Source of the DNA: Eledone cirrhosa
Lineage: Eukaryota
Length of the DNA: 64,000 nt
Direction of reading: 5' to 3'
Assembly: GCA_964016885.1 (NCBI GenBank)
Contig: OZ024763.1
Span: forward strand, 14,012,001 to 14,076,000
The notes under the pieces were generated by a model, which did no database searches, was not told the origin of the DNA, and was given only the letters and a program-made list of their open reading frames with translations. Positions within the stretch are counted from its first letter, which is position 1. Every line of letters starts with the position of its first letter. Shown piece after piece: positions 25,362 through 37,822 of this stretch. The translations under genes were made by a program, and so were the position numbers.

Positions 25362-25524
25362 TCAACTAGATTTCTCTTTTAACCGAATCAAGAAGATAGA
25401 AAATATTTCACATTTGATTAAACTGGTTAAGTTATACTTTGTGAACAACAGAATAACCAACATTGAAAACCTTGATACACTTGTTAACCTGGACATGCTG
25501 GAATTAGGATCAAATAGAATTCGG
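25362..25524 (+). CDS. PPP1R7: PPP1R7 LRR exon (QLDFSFNRIKKIENISHL...MLELGSNRIR)
   Basis: ttccag/gtatgt, 163 nt, phase 2/0; contains MLELGSNRIR. Confidence 0.96.
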
Positions 25525-25536
25525 GTATGTAATCAC

Positions 25537-25586
<50 letters not shown>

Positions 25587-25615
25587 GTGTATATATATAT
25601 ATATATAAATATATC

Positions 25616-26155
25616 ACTAGCAGTGGTACCGGGCGTTGCATGGGATAAGGTATTTTGGAAGGTGGGCCACCAACAGACCTAATCGTGGATAAACTGCATG
25701 CCTGGACAATATGTAAAGAAAATAAACCGAATACTCTGATGGTTGGATAATCTTTAAGATTTTCCTCGATGAAGCAGGAAAAATGCAGGTTTTCACCTAA
25801 TGCAGGCCCTAGGCCATAAAAAAGTTGGATTTTCTTTGCTCACGGTATGAAGAAGAGACTGACTAATACATAGTTACAATTTCAAGGAAATTGGTCTGAC
25901 GTAACGCCTCAAAACACCCCAAAAAAGCTGAAAAAAAAACGCAGTTTTTCAACTAAAGGATAAAAAAGTTGAATTTTCACCTAGGGGATCAAAAAGTTGA
26001 ATTTTTTATGTGCATGACACTCCCTGAAACATAAGTAATACACATGTAAAGTTTTAAAAAAAATTGGTTGGGTACTTCTGGAGTTTTAGGGATTCAAACT
26101 CACAGACACACACACACACACAGACAGACATCCTCAGTTTTATATATATATAGAT
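25616..26155 (+). mobile_element. Helitron/Helentron-like non-autonomous element; partial inverted copy at ~28983-29165
   Basis: 5' ACTAGC..ccgggcgttgcatggg; 3' (CA)/(CAGA) microsatellite then cagttttatatatatagat. Confidence 0.5.
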
Positions 26156-26423
26156 AAATTAACGATTTTATTTATATGCATGTGGGCAGGTGACTCAGTG
26201 CATTACTGGTGCTTTATTTTATCAACCAAGTAAGGATGAAAGGCAGGATTTGTACTCAGACCATAAAGGGGTGTAACTCAATGCTGCAAAGCCCTCTACC
26301 AATACTGCTAAGCGACCGCTCTAATAACTTGGCAGGATTTGAACTAATAATTGTTTCTACTTTTGAAACAAGGCGAGTAATACTCCAGTGCATTACTGGT
26401 ACTTTATTTTATCGACCCCTTAA

Positions 26424-27595
26424 CCCTTTAATGTTCAAACCGGCCAAAACAGGCCAGGATTCTCTACCTCTTTGTGTTGAAACTGGCTGTAACTGGTCAC
26501 TCAAACTGATGTTAAGGTATTTTTCTCAAAATAAATACTTTCAAAATCTCATTGATTCGATATTATATACAATAGTATATATAGAGTAATGTGAATGTTG
26601 TGAGATAATTATGTGAGGTAAAGCCTTTACCATGAAAATACAATAGTATATATATAGAGTAATGTAAATGTTATGTGAGGTAAAGCCTTTACCATGAAAA
26701 TACAATAGTATATATATAGAGTAATGTAAATGTTATGTGAGATATTATGTGAGGTAAAGCCTTTACCATGAAAATACAATAGTATATATAGAGTAATGTG
26801 AATGCTATGTGAGATATTATGTGAGGTAAAGCCTTTACCATGAAAATATAATAGTAAATATAGAGTAATGTAAATGTTATGTGAGATATTATGTGAGGTA
26901 AAGCCTTTACCATGAAAATATAATAGTATATATAGAGTAATGTAAATGTTATGTGAGATGATATGTGAGGTAAAGCCTTTACCATGAAAATATAATAGTA
27001 TATATAGAGTAATGTGAATGCTATGCGAGATATTATGTGAGGTAAAGCCTTTACCATGAAAATATAATAGTATATATAGAGTAATGTAAATGTTATGTGA
27101 GATAATTATGTCAGGTAAAGCCTTTACTATGAAAATATAATAGTATATATAGAGTAATGTAAATGTTATGTGAGGTAAAGCCTTTACCATGAAAATATAA
27201 TAGTATATATAGAGTAATGTAAATGTTATGTGAGATATTATGTGAGGTAAAGCCTTTACCATGAAAATACAATAGTATATATAGAGTAATGTAAATGTTA
27301 TGTGAGATATTATGTGAGGTAAAGCCTTTACCATGAAAATATAATAGTATATATAGAGTAATGTAAATGTTATGTGAGATATTATGTGAGGTAAAGCCTT
27401 TACCATGAAAATATAATAGTATATATAGAGTAATGTAAATGTTATGTGAGATATTATGTGAGGTAAAGCCTTTACCATGAAAATATAATAGTATATATAT
27501 AGAGTAATGTAAATGTTATGTGAGATATTATGTGAGGTAAAGCCTTTACCATGAAAATATAATAGTATATATAGAGTAATGTGAATGCTAAAGGG
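26424..27595. mobile_element. piggyBac-type MITE with internal 72-bp array (~14 copies), inserted into a SINE
   Basis: TTAA on both sides; flanks atcgacccc and ggatgaaaggcaaa rejoin into the Meta-like SINE. Confidence 0.85.
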
Positions 27596-27805
27596 TTAAG
27601 GATGAAAGGCAAATTTAACCTTGGCAGGATTTGAACTCAGAATGTAAAGGAGCATAACTATGCTGCAAAGCATGGTGTCTGATGCCCTACTCATCCTGCC
27701 AATCTGCTACTTTGATTTCAACTAATAACAACATAAAGTATTGTTTCTTTATAAACTGCCAACTTTCTCAAGTTTTAATTTGTAATATATTTTGTTTTCC
27801 TCCAG

Positions 27806-27922
27806 GTGATGGAGAATTTAAACACCCTTATTAACTTGACAGGTTTGTACCTGGGCAAGAATAAAATTGTGAAGATTACAGGTTTAGATAATCTCGTTAA
27901 CCTGAAGTGTCTCAGTTTACAG
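27806..27922 (+). CDS. PPP1R7: PPP1R7 LRR exon (VMENLNTLINLTGLYLGKNKIVKITGLDNLVNLKCLSLQ)
   Basis: ctccag/gtatgt, 117 nt; LYLGKNKI motif. Confidence 0.96.
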
Positions 27923-28160
27923 GTATGTTTTCCCCTATTTCAAATTTTACACATGTGTCACCCCTATTTCATATTTTACAGGTATGTCACCCCTGTTTCA
28001 TATTTTACATGTATGTCACTCCTATTTCATATTTTACAGGTATGTCACCCCTATTTCATATTTTACAGGTATGTCACCCCTATTTCATATTTTACAGGTA
28101 TGTCACCCCTATTTCATATTTTACAGATATGTTACCCCCTATATTTCATATTTTACAGGG
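27915..28160 (+). repeat. 29-bp minisatellite whose unit contains the splice junction TTTACAG|GTATGT
   Basis: ttttacaggtatgtcacccctatttcata x ~8, beginning inside the exon end. Confidence 0.92.
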
Positions 28161-29363
28161 TGCATTTTATCATGGCACCAAAACTACCCTCTAAAAAGGT
28201 GGACTGGGTGCTTTTTTGTTGTGTCACCAACACAACCACCTTACAGGGTGGACTGGGTGGATTTTGTTGTCACCACCACAACCACCGTACAGGGTGGACT
28301 GGGTGCTTACATATAAGGATATATATATATATGTAAGCATCTAGTCTATATATATATATTGTGTTTTTTATTTATATTCATACACGGGACAAAAAGCAGA
28401 CCAGGTGGCATGTTGTGTTTGTGTGCAAAACACATTTTTCATAATAGGACTGAGGCCGCTATCATTAAAACACCCAATAAACCTCCAGGTGTGAGCTGTA
28501 GCAACATGATAGAACTGAGCCCTATCTTTAAAACACTGAAAAAGCTTCCTATGAGATGTAAACTTGTAAGAGATTAACTAAACCTACATATATGTGAGCT
28601 GTAACATGATAGGACTGGAGCCCTATTATTAAAACAGTCAAAAAACTTCCCATGAGATGTAACTTTGTAGTAGGCCAGTTAAACCTACATGGATGTGAAC
28701 TGTAACCACAACATGATATGACTGCGGCCTCTCATTAAAACAGAGCAGAAACCCATGAGAAAACAACCTCATAGGAGGCCAGATAAACCTTCATGAGAAC
28801 TGTATAACCCTTTAATGTTCAAACCGGCCAGAATTCTCTACCTTTTTCTGTTGAAACTGGCTGTAACTGGTCACTCAAACTGATGTTAAGGTATTGTTCT
28901 CAAAATAAATACTTTCAAAATCTCATAGATTCGATATTATGTGAGATAATTATGCGAGGTAAAGCCTTTTCCATGAAAATATAATCTATATATATAAAAC
29001 TGAGGATGTCTGTGTGTGTTTGTGTGAGTTTGAATCCCTAAAACTCGAGAACCACCCAACCGACTCTTTTCAAACTTTACACATGTAATACTTATGTTTC
29101 AGGGAGTGTTCTGAGCAAAAAAAATTTCGAAATTTTCAATGCCCTAAGGACCGCATTAGGCGATTTAGCGATCTCTCTCTATAATTCTTAGTCTTTCTCT
29201 TTTTAGATAGATACATACATATAACGTCGCGCCCTTATGAAGATTCTGTCCATTTTAGTTGACATTTAGAAGGCAATCCACCTGTCCTTCTATTAAACCC
29301 TTCCCTCCACGACCATCACTCCTGAACTGCCCTAATTTATCGTTCTTTGTATCTCTTTGACAG

Positions 29364-29468
29364 AGCAACCGTTTGACTCACATTGAGGGTTTGGACTCCT
29401 TGGTGAACTTAAATGAACTTTACCTGAGTGACAATGGCATTGAAAAAATTGAAGGGCTGTCCAAAAAT
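29364..29468 (+). CDS. PPP1R7: PPP1R7 LRR exon (SNRLTHIEGLDSLVNLNELYLSDNGIEKIEGLSKN)
   Basis: gacag/gtaagt, 105 nt; resembles human SNRLTKIEGLQNLVNLRELYLSHNGIEVIEGLENN. Confidence 0.96.
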
Positions 29469-29934
29469 GTAAGTATTCTTATAACTCACCAAAGTTGGCA
29501 GCAGAAATACACACACATACATATCATCATCATTATCATCTTATATTCCATGTTTTGCACAGATTGTATGAGTTTAACACGTTCTGGGGCCAAGTCATGT
29601 CTATATCTTGCTTATGTATTCAATTCTGGTATGGTTGGTTTCGAGATCTGGATGCCCTTTCTAACGTCATCAACAACCTCATCATCATTTTATATCTATT
29701 TTCCACACTAGCATGGGTTAGATAGGTTGTGACACTCAGCTTAGACAGGCAAGTCACATGACTGTATCTAGCTCATACATTCCATTTTGGCATGGTTTCT
29801 ATGGCTGGATACCCTTCCAAATGCCAGGACTTCATTTCACGGTGTGTACTGGGTTTGTTTTCTTTAAATACAACCACTGTTGCTTGACAGGGTTGACTGA
29901 GTACATATTATCGTGGGGCCAGCACTATCAATTT

Positions 29935-30548
29935 ACAGAGTGTACTGGGTGTATTTTATCATGACACCACCTCCACTACTTTACAGGGTGGACTGGGTAC
30001 ATTTTATTGTGGCACCAGCACTACTACTTTACAGAGTGTACTGGGTTTATTTTATCATGGCACCACCACTACTACTTTACAGGGTGGACTGGGTACATTT
30101 TATTATGACACCAGCACTATTACTTTACAGGGTGGACTGGGTACATTTTATTATGACACCAGCACTATTACTTTACAGGGTGGACTGGGTACATATTATT
30201 ATGACACCAGCACTACTACTTTACAGGGTGGACTGGGTACATTTTATTATGACACCAGCACTACTACTTTACAGGGTGGACTGGGTACATTTTATTGTGG
30301 CACCAGCACTACTACTTTACAGAGTGTACTGGGTGTATTTTATCATGGCACCACCACTACCATTATACAGTGTACTGAGTGTATTTTATGATGGTGTCAC
30401 CACTACCACTTTACAGAGTATATCAGAGGCATTTTATCATGGCAACACCACTACCACTTTACAGAGTATATCAGAGGTATTTTATCATGGCAACACCACT
30501 ACCATTGTACAGAGTGTATTGGGTACATTTTATCATGGCTCCAGCACT
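29935..30548. repeat. 48-bp SINE-derived minisatellite, ~13 copies
   Basis: acagggtggactgggtacattttattatgacaccagcactactacttt. Confidence 0.9.
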
Positions 30549-31058
30549 GCCACTTGTTGTCTCAGTTCTTGTAGATGTAATATTGTAATGCTGTCAGTTA
30601 AGTGTTTACCAGTGATAAATTTCATGGCATGGCTTATCTCCCCCTTTTTCATTTGCTTTCTCCAATTCAGAAGAATATTTTAATCAATTGACATTTTTGA
30701 TATCAACGTCTTTCTCCCCTAAAAAAAAAAAAAAAATGCTTCTAGTTTTATTAAAAGCACCCATTTTAAGGAGTTCCTATTTAAATAAAATTCTTCCAAC
30801 ATAATTTTATATCAGAACCATTTGTAAAGTTATGTTAACAAATGCCAACTTAATAATGACACAGTAAATAAGTTTTATAAGTTCCTCAAAATTCTTTCAT
30901 TAACCTGTTGACTGTTGCATATATTTTACACAGCTACAATTGCTGTGCTAAGTATTTTTTCAGTAAAATGACTATTTTTTTAAACAAACATTTATTAACA
31001 ACACATATCTGAATGATTGACAAATGTCACATCAATAAACTAGTAACCCCATCTGGCT

Positions 31059-31305
31059 GTGAAGTTATGAACTGTTGGAAAAGAGTTCATAACTTTGAAG
31101 TTGTGAACTGTTGGAAAAGAGCTCATAGCTTTGAAGTTATGAACTGTTGGAAACGAGTTCATAACTTTGAAGTTGTGAACTGTTGGAAAAGAGTTCATAA
31201 CTTTGAAGTTGTGAACTGTTGGAAACGAGTTCATAACTTTGAAGTTGTGAACTGTTGGAAACGAGTTCATAACTTTGAAGTTGTGAACTGTTGGAAAAGA
31301 GTTCA
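31059..31305. repeat. 36-bp minisatellite, ~7 copies
   Basis: ttgaagttgtgaactgttggaaaagagttcataact. Confidence 0.92.
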
Positions 31306-31743
31306 AACATGTTAGGACGAGTTATCTCATCTACGGAACTGCAAAGTGGTCGTGGAGGTGCCACGGCAAAAAAGCAGCCAGCACTCACTGTAAATGAGGT
31401 TGGTGTTAGGAAGGGCATCCAGCTGTAGAAATCAAGCCAGAATCAGTTCCCGTCCCACCCTTGCAAGCAGGGAAAAAGCGGACGTAAAATGAAATGAAAT
31501 GATGCATGTTTCATTATTGATCAGGTCAAAGTTTGACAAGCTTTTGATTCCTGGGTCTGGCTAGATTGCTACAGATTGAACCTTGAACCAATAGCAAAAA
31601 CGCATGTCACTACTGAATAAACGTAATGAAGACATAATGAATTGTCCCTTTTATTATTATTATTATTATAATAATTACACACACATATACATGCTTGTGT
31701 GTGTATATATATACACACACACACATATACATACTTGTGTGTG

Positions 31744-31775
<32 letters not shown>

Positions 31776-31793
31776 TATACATACTTGTGTGTG

Positions 31794-31827
<34 letters not shown>

Positions 31828-31837
31828 TATACATACT

Positions 31838-31881
<44 letters not shown>

Positions 31882-32174
31882 TATACATACTTGTGTGTGT
31901 ATGATGATGATATATTTATCCTTCCCATTTGTTATTTACCGGAAGTAAATGTCAATGTGTCAAATAGGTGAGTCTATACACACACACGTGTGTGTGTGTG
32001 TGTTATATACTCATACATGCATACAAGCGCGTGTGTGTATATATATGATGTAATTATTATATATTGGTACTGATAAAAGGTAGGTGTGTAATATGTCATA
32101 ATATGGGTGTGAGAATGTATGTATATATAAATGTGTGTGTATGTTTATAAGAAAGAGAGTGAGATATACATGAG

Positions 32175-32216
<42 letters not shown>

Positions 32217-32644
32217 CATCATCATTTAACATCTGTTTTTTTGTTAGCAAAGGTTGGATGGGTCATCACAAGTGAAGCTAATTGGAGCTACTGACCTCTC
32301 AGATTGGCCAGTGTAGGATGGGGTTGTTACATTCATTTCCACACCCTGCACGGTGCACTGAGTGCATTTTTACCATGATCCCAGCACTAAGGACGTGGTC
32401 ACATCTTTGATATAGCTGAAAAATCCTTCAGAGCTTATGTTTGGCAAGGTTTTTATATAGCTGGATGCCCTTCCCATCACCAACTCCTTTACAAAGCATA
32501 CTAGGTGTGTTTATTGTGTAGATCACCATCACTTGAGTGGTTGTTGCGCCTGGAGAGTCCTCTTGACCCTTGGGGGCTGGTTTCTACAGTTGGTTGTCCT
32601 TCTTATCACATACCACTTTACAGAGTGTACTGTGTGTGTTTATG

Positions 32645-33610
32645 TGAAGCACCCAGTCCACTCTGTAAGGTGGTAGTGCTGGTGCCATGATAAGCAGCAG
32701 CCAGTCCACTCTGTAAGGTGGTAGTGCTGGTGGCATGATAAGAAGCACCCAGTCCACTCTGTAAGGTGGTGTTGCTGGTGCCATGATAAGAAGCAGCCAG
32801 TCCACTCTGTAAGGTGGTAGTGCTGGTGCCATGATAAGAAGCACCCAGTCCACTCTGTAAGGTGGTAGTGTTGGTGCCATGATAAGAAGCACCCAGTCCA
32901 CTCTGTAAGGTGGTGTTGCTGGTGCCATGATAAGAAGCACCCAGTACACTCTGTAAGGTGGTGTTGCTGGTGCCATGATAAGAAGCAGCCAGTACACTCT
33001 GTAAGGTGGTAGTGCTGGTGCCATGATAAGAAGCAGCCAGTCCACTCTGTAAGGTGGTAGTGCTGGTGGCATGATAAGAAGCAGCCAGTCCACTCTGTAA
33101 GGTGGTAGTGCTGGTGCCATGATAAGAAGCAGCCAGTCCACTCTGTAAGGTGGTAGTGCTGGTGCCATGATAAGAAGCAGCCAGTCCACTCTGTAAGGTG
33201 GTAGTGCTGGTGCCATGATAAGAAGCAGCCAGTCCACTCTGTAAGGTGGTAGTGTTGGTGCCATGATAAGAAGCAGCCAGTACACTCTGTAAGGTGGTAG
33301 TGCTGGTGCCATGATAAGCACCCAGTCCACTCTGTAAGGTGGTAGTGCTGGTGCCATGATAAGAAGCAGCCAGTCCACTCTGTAAGGTGGTAGTGCTGGT
33401 GCCATGATAAGAAGCACCCAGTCCACTCTGTAAGGTGGTAGTGCTGGTGCCATGACAAGCACCCAGTCCACCTTGTAAGGTGGGTGTACTGGTGCCTTGA
33501 CAAAAAGCACCCAGTACTCTCTCTAAGGCGGAAGAGCTGGTGGCATGATAAAAAGCACCCAGTTCACTCTGTAAGGTGGTAGTGCTGGTGCAATGATAAA
33601 AAGTACTCAG
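32645..33610. repeat. 48-bp SINE-derived minisatellite, ~20 copies, opposite orientation to 29935-30548
   Basis: aagcagccagtccactctgtaaggtggtagtgctggtgccatgataag. Confidence 0.92.
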
Positions 33611-33865
33611 TATATCGTATAATGTAGTTGGCATTAGAAAGGGTATCTGACCGGAGAAAACCAAGCCAAGAATGGAACATATGAGCAAGACATAATCACA
33701 TAAACTGAATAATGTCATAAATTGACAACCCATCAAACTGATAGACACCAAATGGTGATGATGATGATGATGATGATATATATATATATATGTGTGTGTG
33801 TGTTAGGTAATTCCGAAGGAAAAGCAAAGGAAAAAAGAGTGCTCTATGTATAGAACAGAGCTATT

Positions 33866-34000
33866 TAATTAGAAAGTGAACAACACAAAATATAACTACT
33901 CCATTACCAAAGGTTTCTGGATTACAGACAATAATAATATATGTCTGGGATCCAGAAACCTTTTGTAATGGAGTAGTTATATTTTGTGTTGTTCAGTTCC

Positions 34001-34006
<6 letters not shown>
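33866..34006. repeat. Palindrome with ~65-bp arms
   Basis: gaacaacacaaaatataactactccattac...gtaatggagtagttatattttgtgttgttc. Confidence 0.85.
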
Positions 34007-34030
<24 letters not shown>

Positions 34031-34031
<1 letters not shown>

Positions 34032-34357
34032 TAGTGGTTAGAGCATTGGCTTTGCAATCGAAAGGTTGTGAGTTCAATTCTCAGACCGGGTGGTGTGTTG
34101 TTTCCTTGAGCAAGACACTTTATTTCACATTGCTCCAGTTTACTCAGCTGTAGAAATGAGATGCTAGGGACTGGGGCCCCTATCATTCCACTGCAAAGTG
34201 GTTGTGGAGGTGCCACGGCAAAAAAAGCACCCAGCACTCACTGTAAATGAGGTTGGTGTTAGGAAGGGCATCCAGCTGTAGAAATTAAGCCAGAATCAGT
34301 TCCCGTCCCACCCTTGCAAGCAGGGAAAAAGTGGACGTAAAATGAAATGATGATGAT
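34031..34357 (+). mobile_element. SINE family A
   Basis: Near-identical to the reverse complement of 19193-19556. Confidence 0.88.
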
Positions 34358-34437
34358 TTATATATACGATATATTAACAAATGGAAACTATATTTATAAA
34401 ACCATATTTATTTCATTATACATATTTCAAGGACAGC

Positions 34438-34798
34438 AAGTTCAATTATGGTGTGCTTTCATCAGATAAAATATAATATAGAGCAGTTTTATAAATAAAT
34501 ATTGACATACCCTTAAAGAATGCAACCATTACTGTTGGAAGCTCCCGGATAGCTTCCAACAGAAAAGGTTGCATCCTTTTCCTGTAGTGCGATTGCTTGA
34601 AGATGGTCGGCCATGTGTGAGAACCCCTGACCATCTTCAAGTAATCGCACCAAAGGAAAAGGATGTGACCTTTTCTATTGGAAACTCCCGGGAGCTTCCA
34701 ACAGTAATGGTCGCATTCTTTAAGGGTATGTCAATATTTATTTATAAAACTGCTCTATATTATATTTTATCTGATGAAAGCACACCATAATTTAACTT
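34438..34798. repeat. Long inverted repeat, ~130-bp arms; single-arm homolog at ~56295-56470
   Basis: ORF track gives the same peptide on both strands (RELPTVMVAFFKGMSIFIYKTALYYILSDESTP). Confidence 0.9.
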
Positions 34799-34856
34799 GT
34801 TATGGCCATGCTATAAAATGGAGGGGTAGAGAGGGCCCATGAGTCCAGTAAGACAT

Positions 34857-34898
<42 letters not shown>

Positions 34899-35348
34899 CA
34901 CATAAACACACCTATATTGTTGAATCAGATTCTTACACACATACACACACAAATATATATATATATGTAATATATATATATATATATATAATATATATAT
35001 ATATGTAATATATGTATATATATATATACACACGTATATATATATTTGTGTGTGTCAGTGTGTGTGTATTCTACACACACACTGACACACCTTCAATACG
35101 TCAGCAATTACATAACAAAAAAAAACACTTATTGACACTCATGGCACACAAACACACTCACTCACACACCAACACTCATGCATACAAACACACACGCCAC
35201 TCACTCACAAACACACACATACATATATTACCGTCAGTACTGATACACGATCATGTCAACTGTTGACTTTAGAAGGAGCTCATATAATAGAAGCCGAGTG
35301 TTACAGTTCAGTATTATTATAATAATATGACGATCCCAAAATATAACA

Positions 35349-35425
<77 letters not shown>

Positions 35426-35561
35426 AATTAAAATACTAGAGTGTGTTGGAGTTAAACACCCTCTTCGTATTATAGAAATGACAGTAAAGGTATAGCTCAA
35501 TGTAATTAAACAGAGCCGAAGAATTATGAAAATAAACCAAAATGTAAAATGATGATGATGA

Positions 35562-35598
<37 letters not shown>

Positions 35599-35601
<3 letters not shown>

Positions 35602-35935
35602 TCATCATCATTTTACGTCCGCTTTTCCCTGCTTGCAAGGGTGGGACGGGCACTGATTCTGGCTTGATTTCTACAGCTGGATGCCCTTCCTAACACCAAC
35701 CTCATTTACAGTGTGGGCTGGGTGCTTTTTTGCCGTGGCACCTCCACGACCACTTTGCAGTGGAATGATAGGGACCCCAGTCCCTATCATCTCATTTCTA
35801 CAGCTGAGTAAACTGGAGCAATGTGAAATAAAGTTGTCTTGCTCAAGGAAACAACACATCACACAGTCTGAGAATTGAACTCACAACCTTTCGATTGCAA
35901 GCCCAATGCTCTAACCACTAAGCCATGTGCCTCCA
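35599..35935 (-). mobile_element. SINE family A
   Basis: Full-length copy. Confidence 0.88.
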
Positions 35936-36213
35936 TATATATATATATATATATATAATGTGTGTGTGTGTGTGGGTGTATTCATGATGTAACTCACCTT
36001 TTATAAATCAATTATTTCCATGGCAATATAGGTGTGTCTGGTGTTATTGCTGACGTATTGAAGGTGTGTCAGTGTGTGTCTATTGTACACACACACTGAC
36101 ACACACAAATATATATATATACACACACACACACACATGAACAGATAAACACACAAAAGGAAATACACCAATACTATTGAATCAGTTATTTGTAAATAGG
36201 AAAGTTGCATCTG

Positions 36214-36285
<72 letters not shown>

Positions 36286-36447
36286 ATTTTTTATATATAT
36301 CTATATATACATATATTACATATATATATATTATATATATTTATATATTACACATATATATATATATATTTGTGTGTGTATGTGTGTAAGAATCTGATGC
36401 AACTTATCTATTGATAGTTGATTCAACAATATAGGTGTGTGTATGTG

Positions 36448-36481
<34 letters not shown>

Positions 36482-36487
36482 GACATG

Positions 36488-37822
36488 TCATCATCATCAT
36501 CATTTTTACGTCCGCTTTTCCTCACTTGCATGGGTTGGACAGGTTCTTCTCAGCATGGCATCTCTCCACTCATCGCAATTACTTGTCATCGCCTTGTGAG
36601 TCTCTGTGATTTGAGTTCGGCTCTCACAACCTCTGCCAAGGCCTGTCTTGGGGTCATCCTCTACCGCAACTTCCTTCCACTGGGATTTCCTGGCACTTCT
36701 TCACCCAATGATCATTGCCACATGTACAAACCAACACACTCTTCTCTCCTGCACACAGCCTTAAATTCTTCTTAAACCCATCTTCTTCAGTTCCTCCAAG
36801 CTCTGCCTTTCTCTCACACTTACATTGCACATCCAATGAAGCATGGTTGCTTCATTTCTCTCCAGTCTATGTATGTCCTCCGCAGTCACAGCCAATGTTT
36901 CACTACCATGCAGCTTCACACTTCACATATAGGTGTCATACTGTCATCCTTTTATGCGCAGGGGTCACCAGTGAGAGCAGCCCTCTGAACTTTTCCCACC
37001 CTATTCTTATTCGAGCACCCTCTTCCATTGCTAATTATGTTGCCTAAATAGCAGAAGCTATCTACCACTTCTATGGGTCCATCATGTGACTGGAATAGGC
37101 TTACCTTACTGGTTATCTACTCCTTGCTTACTCCTGTGCATCCTCTACAAATAAAGTCTTCCCTTCCTCTTAACTAGCTCATTATCCCACGACATCTGTT
37201 GTGTACCCAAGATTTACATTGTGTACATTGTATGGAGTTTATGTCATGGGCAGCCATTCTTAAACTCCTCAGTTATAGCCTGGAGGACTATAATGAATAG
37301 TTGTGGGCTAAGAACTGAACCTTGAATTCCTACCTGTACCTTGAATTCCTCACTAAACTCATTTCCTACCCTCACTTTGCTGACAGCTCCTCTCTACATG
37401 ACTTGCACTGTCCTCACAAGCCAGTCTTCTAATTCCAATTTCTTGAAGGACCACCAGACAATAGATCAGGGTACTCTGTCAAATGTGGAGGCACGTGGCC
37501 TAGTGGTAAGAGTGTTGGACTTACGATCATAATGTCGTGGGTTCGATTCCTGGGCTGCGTGTTGTGTTCCTGGGCAAAACACTTCATTTCATGTTGCTCC
37601 AGTATACTCAGCTGAAAACCAGTACCAGCAATAGCTGGAGGTTGAAACCCTGCGATGGACTGGCTTCCTGTCCAGAGGGGAGTCTTGTACTCTCATTAGC
37701 TTCACCCCATGAAACCGGGATAAGCACCAGCCAAATGACCCTTCTGGCTTAAGACAGACTTTAGACTTTTTTTTTTAGACTCTGTCAAATGCTTTTTTCT
37801 TTTGGTCAACGGAAGCTAGGTA
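36488..37822 (-). mobile_element. Decayed RTE LINE (RT region to 3' tail), interrupted by a SINE
   Basis: Minus-strand KAFDRVP RT motif split by the SINE; DHWVKKCQEIPVEG; (GAT)n tail. Confidence 0.75.
37486..37778 (+). mobile_element. tRNA-derived SINE family C with 13-bp target-site duplication
   Basis: TSD actctgtcaaatg at 37473-37485 and 37779-37791; A box tggcctagtgg, B box ggttcgattcc. Confidence 0.9.

Noticed and set aside
32584-33751. 287-377 aa repetitive ORFs (also 29913-30683, 26627-27478, 24538-25229)
   Set aside because: Open because the 48/72-bp units are multiples of 3 without stops; open in several frames and derived from SINE or MITE sequence
37486-37560. tRNA gene
   Set aside because: A and B boxes continue into a SINE body with a target-site duplication; no convincing cloverleaf
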